NCBI GenBank assembly: GCA_046328995.1
Contig: JAXLVN010000004.1
Span: 274,599 to 338,598 of the forward strand
Source: Candidatus Kapaibacterium sp.
GTDB lineage: Bacteria; Bacteroidota; Ignavibacteria; Kapaibacteriales; UBA961
Direction: 5' to 3'
DNA: 64,000 nucleotides
Shown in pieces: positions 10,115-19,100 of the stretch. Position numbers and translations under genes: made by a program. Each line of letters begins with the position of its first letter. The stretch's first letter is position 1. The notes beneath the pieces were generated by a model. The model made no database searches. It was not told the DNA's origin and worked only from the letters and a program-made list of their open reading frames with translations.

Positions 10115-10969
10115 TTACTCTGAATTATTATTAGACCCTTTACTTCGTTTCTTGTCAGCTAAAAGTTGGCGAGCTGATGCTGGACTCACTACTTTCTTAC
10201 CAGTTTTAGCTTCAATCGCTTTACGTGTATTACCCGCAATCGTACCACCTTGGTTGGCTATGATTGTATTTTCTTTGAAAGTCTGAGGTTTCTTTTCCTT
10301 ACTGATTTCTGTCGTTGTTGCCTCGGCAAGCATAGTGAGCACGAGTTCTAAATTGGTCATGTTGTCCCGTAAATTTTCTCGCTTGAGATCTTTATACTGC
10401 TTGTATTGCCGAACATTGAACCCGCTCCATGCTTTTGTGATTTCGTCGGTAAGTAGCGCATATTCCTGTCCTTTTTGTACGCCTCGTTGTTCCCATTCAT
10501 CTGTTAGTTCTTTTCGAACTTCAATACTTTTGAGGCGTTGGTTTATCCATTCTTTGCTATAACCTTTTTTAAGATATGTCTCCATGAGACGGTCAAATCC
10601 GATTTCAGGATTTTCAATCTCATCAATTCTATCGCTTGCAATCGAAGCGAGCCAGACTTTAAAGGGTTCGGCTTTGGGTGATGGAATCGATTGAATTAAC
10701 CTGAAAAGCTGTTCGGTATCAGCGACATCTGTAAGACGCATTTTACCGTCTGCGGCTACCATTTTCAAAGCGTGACAGTTTGTCACGGTTTGATTGCCTT
10801 CTTCCTTGAGCCGTTGTTTTAATTTGCGCCAATATGCTTGCGGATCAATACTTTCTGAAAGTACTCCAACCATATCGACGATTGAAAAATACCATTTTTC
10901 TTCTTGTTCGCTCCAAAGTGAGCGTACTTGCTTTTGCTCAAAAAGCTTGATGCTGGTTTGTAGGGGCAT
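10115..10969 (-). CDS. DinD-like / Bro-N domain protein (DNA-damage-inducible protein D family)
   Basis: The N-terminus (KQVRSLWSEQEEKWYFSIVDMVGVLSESIDPQAYWRKLKQRLKEEG) aligns with E. coli DinD (EYWSARELSQVLEYSEF...RAKEACENSG). The gene is AT-rich relative to its neighbours and flanked by AT-rich intergenic DNA. Confidence 0.6.
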   Translation of the reverse strand: MPLQTSIKLFEQKQVRSLWSEQEEKWYFSIVDMVGVLSESIDPQAYWRKLKQRLKEEGNQTVTNCHALKMVAADGKMRLTDVADTEQLFRLIQSIPSPKAEPFKVWLASIASDRIDEIENPEIGFDRLMETYLKKGYSKEWINQRLKSIEVRKELTDEWEQRGVQKGQEYALLTDEITKAWSGFNVRQYKQYKDLKRENLRDNMTNLELVLTMLAEATTTEISKEKKPQTFKENTIIANQGGTIAGNTRKAIEAKTGKKVVSPASARQLLADKKRSKGSNNNSE

Positions 10970-11273
10970 GGCTGTACAGTTAAGAGTAAGAAAATAAGTG
11001 AAGTAAAGAGAAATGTGAATAGTTGATACCGTATCTTTTGAAGAACGAAACTACGAAAAAATGCACTGTAAGAAAAACGTATTTTCCGGTTGAACGGCAT
11101 GAGCAGCAATTCTTATCTTTAGAGTCTTCGGCAAAGAGTATATCGCAAGCGTTTGATTGAGAGCGGAACTCAGTGCTCTGAAATTTCCCACTACACCCGC
11201 CTATTCACCCAAAAAACGTATTTTCGCGGTGAAATACTATCGTTGTATGCGTCATTTTTAAGGATATTTACCT

Positions 11274-12281
11274 ATGGAAGAACAGAAAAAACCCGTTATT
11301 TTAAGTGGAATCACGCCTTCCGGTGTGCTGATGATTGGTCATTATATGGGGGCAATCCGCAATTGGGTGGCGCTGCAGCACGAGTATGAATGTTTTTTTA
11401 TGGTGGCGGATTTACATGCAATTACCGTACGTCAGACGCCGGCCGATCTGCGCCGCCGCACACTCGATATTGCCGCCGGATATATTGCCTGCGGAATTGA
11501 CCCCGACGTGTGTACGCTGTTCGTACAGTCGCATGTACCTGAGCATACTCAGCTTACATGGGTGCTCGGCAGCTTAACCGGTATGGGCGAGGCGAGCCGG
11601 ATGACGCAATACAAGGAAAAATCAAGCGAAAATTCGGAGAATAATAATGTCGCGCTCTTTACCTATCCTGTTCTTATGGCAGCCGATATCCTCATTTATC
11701 AGGCAGATTTAGTACCCGTTGGCGATGACCAAAAGCAGCATCTTGAGCTCACGCGGAATCTGGCTGAACGGTTTAATTTCCGGTATTCGCCGACTTTTAC
11801 CGTGCCCGAACCCTTTATCCCGCCGGCAGGAGCGCGGGTGATGAGCTTGCAGGAGCCGAATAAAAAAATGTCCAAGTCCGATAAAAATGAAAAAGCTACG
11901 CTCTTTATCTCCGACTCGGACGATGCAATCCGCATGAAAATCAAGCGCGCCGTCACTGACTCCGGCACCGATATTCGATTTGATGAAAAAAATCGTCCGG
12001 GTGTGGCGAATCTGATGACGCTCTATTCGGCCGCGACCGGCAAGTCGAATGCAGAAATTGAACGTGAATTCGAAGGTCTCGGCTATGCAGAATTCAAAGA
12101 GGCAGCGGCAGAGGCGATGGTAGGATTCATGCGCCCGATGCGCGAACGTTTCCTCGAGCTCCGAAGTGATACCACGATGCTCAACGCCCTGCTCGCCAAA
12201 GGAGCAGAGACCGCGCGCAACCGCGCACGACGCACGCTGAGAAAAGTGTATAAGAAGGTAGGTTTTGCTGAATTAGGGTGA
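11274..12281 (+). CDS. trpS: Tryptophan--tRNA ligase
   Basis: Class I HIGH motif (TPSGVLMIGHYMG) and KMSKS motif (KKMSKSDKN) are present. The length of 335 aa is typical. Confidence 0.95.
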   Translation: MEEQKKPVILSGITPSGVLMIGHYMGAIRNWVALQHEYECFFMVADLHAITVRQTPADLRRRTLDIAAGYIACGIDPDVCTLFVQSHVPEHTQLTWVLGSLTGMGEASRMTQYKEKSSENSENNNVALFTYPVLMAADILIYQADLVPVGDDQKQHLELTRNLAERFNFRYSPTFTVPEPFIPPAGARVMSLQEPNKKMSKSDKNEKATLFISDSDDAIRMKIKRAVTDSGTDIRFDEKNRPGVANLMTLYSAATGKSNAEIEREFEGLGYAEFKEAAAEAMVGFMRPMRERFLELRSDTTMLNALLAKGAETARNRARRTLRKVYKKVGFAELG

Positions 12282-12302
12282 TCTAACCGTCGATTATACA
12301 AA

Positions 12303-12366
12303 GATTTACGCAGAGAACGATGAGATTGTTCTCTGCGCCCTTTGCGCCTTTGCGTTAAAATACGCA
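12303..12366. repeat. Palindromic REP/attC-like repeat, copy C (reverse orientation)
   Basis: CTCTGCGCCCTTTGCGCCTTTGCGTTAAAA is the reverse complement of the TTTTAACGCAAAGGCGCAAAGGGCGCAGAG core seen at 46025 and 47468. It starts 22 nt after the trpS stop. Confidence 0.8.
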
Positions 12367-12409
12367 TCAAAAGGATGAGTTAAGTAGAGAATCTAACAAA
12401 AAAACGAAA

Positions 12410-12583
12410 ATGAAAAATAAGAAAGAATATGTGGATATCGAAGATATACGTCCTTCAGAACCTCTTACTCCAATAGAAAAACAAGCTATAAGCGACTTTA
12501 TTAAACAACGAAAACTAGAAATCTCGACAAAAGGAGTTTCGTCTGAGCAAAATAGAGAAAAGCGGCAAAAAGTACCGGCATAG
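12410..12583 (+). CDS. Hypothetical small protein (57 aa) in an AT-rich insert bracketed by repeat copies C and D
   Basis: I translated ATG 12410 to TAG 12583 as MKNKKEYVDIEDIRPSEPLTPIEKQAISDFIKQRKLEISTKGVSSEQNREKRQKVPA. It is below the ORF-track length cutoff. Confidence 0.3.
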   Translation: MKNKKEYVDIEDIRPSEPLTPIEKQAISDFIKQRKLEISTKGVSSEQNREKRQKVPA

Positions 12584-12637
12584 ATGGGTGTAATGGTTCT
12601 ATCATGTGCCGTGTGTTTTTAACTCTTAAAAATAAAG

Positions 12638-12705
12638 GGTTACGCAAAGTGCGCTGAGAATATCCTCTGCGTCCTCTGCGCCTTTGCGTTAAAATAAACG
12701 CAAAT
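12638..12705. repeat. Palindromic REP/attC-like repeat, copy D
   Basis: TTACGCAAAGTGCGCTGAGAATATCC...TCTGCGCCTTTGCGTTAAAA. It abuts the stop codon of the minus-strand gene 12707..14653. Confidence 0.8.
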
Positions 12706-12706
12706 A

Positions 12707-14653
12707 TTACCACCCCACATCCACCTGGAAAATAAACTTCTGTTCGGCATTTCCCTCAATCTCACTTGTGCCGCTCCCGAGCGACGTCACGCTGTTCTTG
12801 GCGGTGACGGTGTAATTGGCTGCAAGCGACAACTGCGGTATCGGCTTGTAATTCAACAAAATAAACGACCTTGTGCCATTGCCGTAGAGAGCAGGATTCC
12901 CCAGCACGCCGGGCACGGACGGTTCGAATGTCCACCGCGCCGACGCATAGCTGTCGGTCGAAAAATACGCAATGCGTGCGCCTATTTTCCAGCGTTCGCT
13001 CCGCCACCAAATCTCGGCAAAACTCACAACACCCACTTCCCGCGGCTGCACACGTTCAAAGTCACAATACACCGCTTCCACGCGAAAGCGGGTGCGGATT
13101 TCCGGCGTTGCCTCATGCTGCACTTCCGTTCGAAGTGAAGTGACTGTGCGCTGATAGACGCTTCGCATGCCATCCTCGCCCGTGAAGACGTCCGTTTTAT
13201 TTTCCGTGTGGAAGCGCATCACCGCAAGTGTGGGACGGGTGATTTTCCACCGGCATTCGGCTAAAATATCGGCGCCGCGCGTGGGGGAGTACATGCCGAA
13301 TCGCGGCGTAAGAGATTGATACACATCAGCATAACCCATGAGTTCAAGCCCGGGCACGCTGCGCCAGAAGAGTCCTGCATAGAACCCTGCTTCATTGCTC
13401 GGCGAGGGGAATTCTCCGAAATTATTCCCGAAGGGCGAACGGAATTCCGGGGAAAAGTAGCGCACGCCGAGGGCTGATTTTACGTTTTTACCGGTGAATT
13501 CCATGCTGAATTTCACGCCATTATTCCCAAGTGCGTCGCGGCTGAATTCGCCAAGAAGAAGAGAATTGACACCCGTATATGCCCCATAAAGCGAGGATAA
13601 GGTGCCCGACTGCCCGGAAAAGACACTCGTCGAACTGCTCACAATCGGCCTCTCGTAGCGCAGGGAAAGTGCAGAGGCGCCCAGCGTCCATGCGGAGGAA
13701 ATAGTCCATTCTGCAATGAATCCTATGGCTTGTTCGCCCAGCGCGTTTCGTTTTGCAATCTCGGAAGGCGTTCGGAATAAACCACTTATATCGAACGAAG
13801 TAGCAATATTTTGTGCGGAATCAATCGACGCAGACCTACGAATTGATGAATAAAATCCTGTGATTTCCAGCAAAGAATTTTCTGAGAGTGATATCTTGCC
13901 TTCCACAGCCGCCCCTCGAAAGAATCGATATTCAATCGACGAGCGATACGGACTACTGCCGCTGCCCTGCTGAATGATCGGCGCAATGACTTCACTCCCT
14001 TTTTTTGCACCAAATCCTTGAGAAATAATACTTCCGAGACCGCTTTCGGCGGTGAAGTCACCGAGTACGACGCGGAAGGCATTATCCTTATACTCGGCAA
14101 AACCGCTCATAAAGTCGGTAAGTGAGCGTTCGCCTTGAGCTTTGGAGGCGGTGACACCTGCCGAGAAATTACCAATCCCGCCGGTGAGACGCTGATAGAG
14201 TGCGAGTGGCGAACCAAGAAAGGCGCTGTCCTGAATGCCTTTGATTTCTTGAAATCGGTCGTATACGCGCGTGCGGTAGCCGAGCCATGCCGGCTGTGTA
14301 TCGTGTGGTTTTTGGAGAACGACACATTTCTCGAAGAGGGCGAACTGTGCCTCCGAGAGCCGCAGCGAGTCGGCGAGGGCACGTTTGGTAATCTGCGGAT
14401 ACTGTTTACGTAATCGGACTAAGCGTCGTGCGTTAGCAATGGAGAGGCCCGGCAGGAAGAGCAATGTCCGGGGCTGTGCTGTCGGCAGTACGATCGGATG
14501 CTCGGAATAATACTCGATCGTGTTGAGCAGCGGCGCATCGTCGCTGTCGCGGCTAACGACTTCGAGAGCGGATTCTTCGGGAGAAGTGGCAGATGTGTCC
14601 TGAGCGGCAGCGGGAGCAAGGCACAGTAAAAGCAAGGCGAGGAATTTCTTCAT
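12707..14653 (-). CDS. Outer-membrane beta-barrel protein with an N-terminal ComEA-like helix-hairpin-helix DNA-binding motif
   Basis: The signal peptide is MKKFLALLLLCLAPAAAQ. An HhH pair (LLFLPGLSIANARRLVRLRKQYPQITKRAL...LRLSEAQFALF) resembles ComEA. The remaining ~500 aa show an amphipathic beta-strand pattern. Confidence 0.55.
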   Translation of the reverse strand: MKKFLALLLLCLAPAAAQDTSATSPEESALEVVSRDSDDAPLLNTIEYYSEHPIVLPTAQPRTLLFLPGLSIANARRLVRLRKQYPQITKRALADSLRLSEAQFALFEKCVVLQKPHDTQPAWLGYRTRVYDRFQEIKGIQDSAFLGSPLALYQRLTGGIGNFSAGVTASKAQGERSLTDFMSGFAEYKDNAFRVVLGDFTAESGLGSIISQGFGAKKGSEVIAPIIQQGSGSSPYRSSIEYRFFRGAAVEGKISLSENSLLEITGFYSSIRRSASIDSAQNIATSFDISGLFRTPSEIAKRNALGEQAIGFIAEWTISSAWTLGASALSLRYERPIVSSSTSVFSGQSGTLSSLYGAYTGVNSLLLGEFSRDALGNNGVKFSMEFTGKNVKSALGVRYFSPEFRSPFGNNFGEFPSPSNEAGFYAGLFWRSVPGLELMGYADVYQSLTPRFGMYSPTRGADILAECRWKITRPTLAVMRFHTENKTDVFTGEDGMRSVYQRTVTSLRTEVQHEATPEIRTRFRVEAVYCDFERVQPREVGVVSFAEIWWRSERWKIGARIAYFSTDSYASARWTFEPSVPGVLGNPALYGNGTRSFILLNYKPIPQLSLAANYTVTAKNSVTSLGSGTSEIEGNAEQKFIFQVDVGW

Positions 14654-14720
14654 CGGTGTATGAAAAAGTGGTAGAAATGTGAAAAATGGCGTGCAAGACG
14701 GAAAAGAACGTGGTGCACAT

Positions 14721-14757
14721 AAAAAAGGTGAAATTTCCCATTACGGGAAATTTCACC
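14721..14757 (-). terminator. Rho-independent terminator for the lipoprotein gene 14830..15375
   Basis: A perfect 13 bp stem (GGTGAAATTTCCC / GGGAAATTTCACC) with a 5 nt loop is followed on the minus strand by TTTTTT. Confidence 0.7.
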
Positions 14758-14829
14758 TTCGATTGTCAAAGTACGTTTTTGAGGTGGTCGTTCAAAAACG
14801 ATGCGGATACTGTCTCTAAAGAACGATGA

Positions 14830-15375
14830 TTATTTCGTAAATCCTTCTTGAAGCATTTCTTCGACGGTTCTGCTCCCTGCTTCGGTATCCGGCTGGGTCG
14901 GCAAATTACCGTATAATTTTTCGTTCAATGCCTGCATGACATAGACAGTCGATTGGTTCTTAGTTACGAAAATACTCGGCAGACCGCGGAGAGAGAAGCG
15001 GCTCATCAGTGGGTGCTTGACTTGTGAGGAGCGCATTGAGTAGATGATAATCATCGAGTCCGGAACACCGGCTGACTGGAGTACTTTAATAGTCTGAGGG
15101 AAGGTCTTCTTGGTACCATTACATCCGCAGGAAGGATTCACAAAGAGATAAACCTGCTGATGATTGGCCTGATAAGCATCGGAAATTTCTTTTACTTTCG
15201 CCGCTGATGGCGTGTAGGTGTTTACTTCTGCATCGAACCATGCATAGCCGGTCGAGGTCCGGAGATCTGATACAGTCATAAGGGTAGCTTCCGGCTCCGG
15301 CTCAACGGGCGAGCAGGCTGAGAGACCGAGAGCGATGGAGCAGATAAGTGCGAGGAGGGAGCGGTAAAATTTCAT
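14830..15375 (-). CDS. Lipoprotein of unknown function, possibly with a thioredoxin-like fold
   Basis: The start is taken at the internal Met (MKFYRSLLALICSIALGLSAC, lipobox LSAC). A Cys-containing NPSCGCNG motif is present. Confidence 0.5.
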   Translation of the reverse strand: MKFYRSLLALICSIALGLSACSPVEPEPEATLMTVSDLRTSTGYAWFDAEVNTYTPSAAKVKEISDAYQANHQQVYLFVNPSCGCNGTKKTFPQTIKVLQSAGVPDSMIIIYSMRSSQVKHPLMSRFSLRGLPSIFVTKNQSTVYVMQALNEKLYGNLPTQPDTEAGSRTVEEMLQEGFTK

Positions 15376-15477
15376 TGTGTATCCTATCGAAGAATAAAAC
15401 AGCATTAATGTTCTGCGAAATTAGCGTTTTTTTGGTGATAATCAAATCACTTATTATCATGAAACGTTGAAATTTTA

Positions 15478-16350
15478 TTACCCGAAGACGCCGAGGATAA
15501 TTCCGGCCAACATTCCGAGAATAATGATACCAAAAATGCTGGTAGTCCACAGCAGCACCGAGTATTTTGATTCGAGGGCAGCGAGCTGCTTTTTGATACC
15601 GGTTTCATGATAACTGTGCGTACCATGATTGTCTTTTTCCGTCTCGCTGCGGGTGATGGCTTCGATGGAGTATTTGGCTTGTGTGACTTGATTTTCGATG
15701 TCGGCTTTTACTTTTTTGAGCTTTTCTTCCATATCGCGCTCGGTCTTGTCGATCATCGTCTCGACGATACGTGTGGTCTCATCGACGATATATTTGGTCT
15801 CGGTGACCTTGCTCTTGAAATTGTCGATTTCGTCGCTCAGCAATGAATGAGAGCGACGTTGCTGATCTTGTAAACCCCATAGGCGCTGGTCGAGCGATAC
15901 AAGCTGATTGGACATTTGGGATATACTCAATTCAACGCGTTTCTCGGACTTGGAGAATTCTTTGTCAACCTGCTTCTGAACAAGCGACTTGATACTGTCT
16001 ATGACAAACGATAGCTCGGCATTGCGTTCTTCGAATGACAGATACAGCTTTTCGAGAGAAGATTTTAACTCATGAATCGAATTGAGTTCATTGTAGAGCC
16101 CCTCGATAGATTCAGCTTTTTGCTGAATTTCGAGCAGCGCGGAGCTGACGGCGGCATTAAGGTGAACGATTGTATCATCGGCGCGGCGCTCACTGTCGCG
16201 GATGAGTGCCTGCAACTGGGAATTCTGCCGGGCAATTTCAAGCGATTCTTTCTGAAAATGCTCAAATGCACGATTGTATTCATGTGCCTGCTGACGAATC
16301 GTGCCGAATAGTCCGAGTATTTCAGGGCTTATTGATTTGGGATTCTCCAT
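15478..16350 (-). CDS. Coiled-coil protein with a C-terminal transmembrane anchor
   Basis: The sequence is heptad-rich throughout. The C-terminus is a hydrophobic helix (LLWTTSIFGIIILGMLAGIILGVFG). Confidence 0.45.
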   Translation of the reverse strand: MENPKSISPEILGLFGTIRQQAHEYNRAFEHFQKESLEIARQNSQLQALIRDSERRADDTIVHLNAAVSSALLEIQQKAESIEGLYNELNSIHELKSSLEKLYLSFEERNAELSFVIDSIKSLVQKQVDKEFSKSEKRVELSISQMSNQLVSLDQRLWGLQDQQRRSHSLLSDEIDNFKSKVTETKYIVDETTRIVETMIDKTERDMEEKLKKVKADIENQVTQAKYSIEAITRSETEKDNHGTHSYHETGIKKQLAALESKYSVLLWTTSIFGIIILGMLAGIILGVFG

Positions 16351-16637
16351 GGCTTGGTATATTCTAAGAAATAGCTCAAACTCTCACATAAATCTTGCAA
16401 CAATTCAGTCTCGAATTCGGGTACGACGCCCGGGGAATGCTCGATCAGCACACGCATCATCTCTTCACGGAATTTTACATCGTGTGTAAATGACGGAGAA
16501 AGATAGGTTTGGAGAAAATCATACAATGAATTTTCCTGCGCCAGCTCCTCGTAAAATGTCCGCGGAGCGAGCCCCTGTATCGCCGCTTTGGTGAGCGTCG
16601 AAAGCCGCTGTTCGTTCTCTTCCTCGTGTGACTTCAT
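16329..16637 (-). CDS. Hypothetical small protein (102 aa)
   Basis: Its ORF overlaps the downstream coiled-coil gene by 22 nt, suggesting co-transcription. Confidence 0.35.
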   Translation of the reverse strand: MKSHEEENEQRLSTLTKAAIQGLAPRTFYEELAQENSLYDFLQTYLSPSFTHDVKFREEMMRVLIEHSPGVVPEFETELLQDLCESLSYFLEYTKPWRIPNQ

Positions 16638-16788
16638 AGTTTCAATTATTCATTGATATCACCTGCCATTGAAGGCAGTCGCCTCAGTATCGGACTATTT
16701 ACAATAATACTTGATTTTTTCTATGGAGATATACTATATTTGAATTAATCCCCATGTTTCGAATCATTCATCGTCCTAACCTCTCCCT

Positions 16789-19032
16789 ATGGCTCATAAG
16801 GAAATCAAATCTTCATCGACACATCGCATCGGAGAAAACCCCGAGGCCGATCTTGCGCTCCTGCTCGCCGATTGCCGTGCAAATTTACCAAAACCCGATG
16901 AAAGTCTTATCAGTAAAGCGTTTCATTTTTGCGTAAAAGTGCATGAAAAAGACCGCCGCGCCTCGGGTGAGCCCTATTATGTGCACCTGCTCGAAGTAGC
17001 ACGGATTGTCGCCCGGGAAATTCCCTTGGATGACGTATCCGTCGCCGCTGCTCTGCTCCATGATATTGTCGAAGACCACGCAAATTATACTATTAAAGAC
17101 ATTCGTGCCGAATTCGGACAGACCATTGCAACGATTGTGGACGGCGTGACTAAAATCACCGATATCTCCAAAAGCAAGGAAATTAAACAAGCGGAAAGTT
17201 ATTTGAAACTCGTACTATCTCTCGTCAAAGATGTGCGGGTGATCCTCCTCAAAGTCGCCGACCGACTCCATAATATGCGCACGCTCGACCATCTGCTGCC
17301 ACATCAGCAGGCGCGCATTGCCCGGGAAACACTCGATATCTTTGCGCCGTTTGCCCATCGCTTCGGTTTGGGAAATATTAAGTGGGAATTGGAGGATCTG
17401 GCGTTTAAATTTCTCAATCGTGAACAGTACGACTCGATAAAAAAACAGCTCAATTCTACCCGGAAAGACCGCGAACTCTACATTCAGAAGTTTATCCATC
17501 CGATTTTACAGAAGTTACAATCCTACTCGCTCAAAGTCGAAATCAACGGCCGACCCAAACATATTCACTCGATTTATCATAAAATGATCGCCCGCGAGAA
17601 GTCGATTGAAGATATTTATGACCTCTTTGCGATTCGAATTATTCTCGATACGGAGGACAAAAACGAATGCTTTATTGTCTATGGGTTGGTCTCCGAGATT
17701 TATACGCCGGTGCCGGAACGATTCAAAGACTATATCTCTATTCCCAAGAAAAACGGGTATCAGAGTTTGCACACGACGGTCATCGGCGAGGACGGCAAGC
17801 GTGTCGAAGTACAAATCCGCACCAAAAACATGCACGAAATCGCCGAAAAAGGCGTGGCGGCACACTTTAAATACAAGGCCGAGTCGCTCAATGACGAAAG
17901 CGCAATTTTCGGGAATAAAGACCTCGAAGAATGGGCGAATAATATGCGCGACGTGCTCGAAAATTCCGGACAAGACGCCATCCCCGAATTACTCGAATCA
18001 TTCAAAATCACCTTATACCAAAACGAGATACATATTTTCACACCCAAAGGTGAATTGCGTAATCTCCCGCTCGGTTCGATGCCGCTCGACTTCGCCTTTG
18101 CCATTCACTCGCAGGTGGGGAATCACTGCATTGGTGCGAAAGTGAACGGGAAAATCGTGCCTCTGGATTACAAATTGGAAAATGGTGACTCGGTTGAAAT
18201 TCTGACCTCGAAAAATCAGAATCCGAATCGTGACTGGGAACGCCTCGTGATTACGCATAAGGCAAAAGCGCATATCCGCAAGTATCTCAATGAGGAAAAA
18301 CGCAAGAAACAGCTCGAAGGAAAGGAAATCTGGGAGAAGAAAGTCAGAAAAAATGACCTGCACATCAATGAAGACGGACTCGAAAAAGTGCTGCAGTCAT
18401 TAAAATTTGATAACAAAGGCGAATTTTACTACGCTCTTGGCATCGGAACCGCTAATATTGAAGGTGTTTTTGAATTAATTCGGGAAAAAATGAAACCCGG
18501 AGCGCCAATTAACGAAGTCGCCACGTCGGAAATTACGTTCGAGTCGATCTTATCGACCTCCCGCGGCAACACCACCGGCGTCTATGTGATTGGAAATGCT
18601 CAAAATACAGCGGCTTTGCTCTATAATTACGCCAAATGCTGCAATCCCGTGCCGGGTGATCAGATTGTGGGCGTGGTCACGACCGGCAGTGGAATTAAAG
18701 TGCATCGGAAAACGTGTAAGAACATCAAGGAATTACAGAATAAAATCCACTCCCGTCTCATGGAACTCGAATGGTCTGCGTCGTCGCAGGGTGATTTTAT
18801 CGCCGCAATCCGTATCACGGGAGATGACCGCGCCGGTATGCTCAATGAAATTACGAATGCTGTCGTGTCGTATAATAATACGAGCATCCGGAGTGTGAAT
18901 ATTCATGCGATGGAGTCGGTATTTGAGGGAATTGTGACGGTATTTGTCAAAAATACCGAACACCTGAGCAGAATTTTCGATAAATTAAAAAAAATAAAAG
19001 GTATCAAAAGCATCGAACGCTTCGAAGGATAA
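16789..19032 (+). CDS. Bifunctional (p)ppGpp synthetase/hydrolase, RelA/SpoT homolog
   Basis: An HD hydrolase domain (YYVHLLEVARIV...LLHDIVEDH), a RelA_SpoT synthetase region, and TGS and ACT-like C-terminal domains are present. The protein is 747 aa. Confidence 0.9.
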   Translation: MAHKEIKSSSTHRIGENPEADLALLLADCRANLPKPDESLISKAFHFCVKVHEKDRRASGEPYYVHLLEVARIVAREIPLDDVSVAAALLHDIVEDHANYTIKDIRAEFGQTIATIVDGVTKITDISKSKEIKQAESYLKLVLSLVKDVRVILLKVADRLHNMRTLDHLLPHQQARIARETLDIFAPFAHRFGLGNIKWELEDLAFKFLNREQYDSIKKQLNSTRKDRELYIQKFIHPILQKLQSYSLKVEINGRPKHIHSIYHKMIAREKSIEDIYDLFAIRIILDTEDKNECFIVYGLVSEIYTPVPERFKDYISIPKKNGYQSLHTTVIGEDGKRVEVQIRTKNMHEIAEKGVAAHFKYKAESLNDESAIFGNKDLEEWANNMRDVLENSGQDAIPELLESFKITLYQNEIHIFTPKGELRNLPLGSMPLDFAFAIHSQVGNHCIGAKVNGKIVPLDYKLENGDSVEILTSKNQNPNRDWERLVITHKAKAHIRKYLNEEKRKKQLEGKEIWEKKVRKNDLHINEDGLEKVLQSLKFDNKGEFYYALGIGTANIEGVFELIREKMKPGAPINEVATSEITFESILSTSRGNTTGVYVIGNAQNTAALLYNYAKCCNPVPGDQIVGVVTTGSGIKVHRKTCKNIKELQNKIHSRLMELEWSASSQGDFIAAIRITGDDRAGMLNEITNAVVSYNNTSIRSVNIHAMESVFEGIVTVFVKNTEHLSRIFDKLKKIKGIKSIERFEG

Positions 19033-19100
19033 AATAACGTATTATATTAATTAGATTATTACTTAGGAATACACTATACTCATCTTTACGGATTACATAT

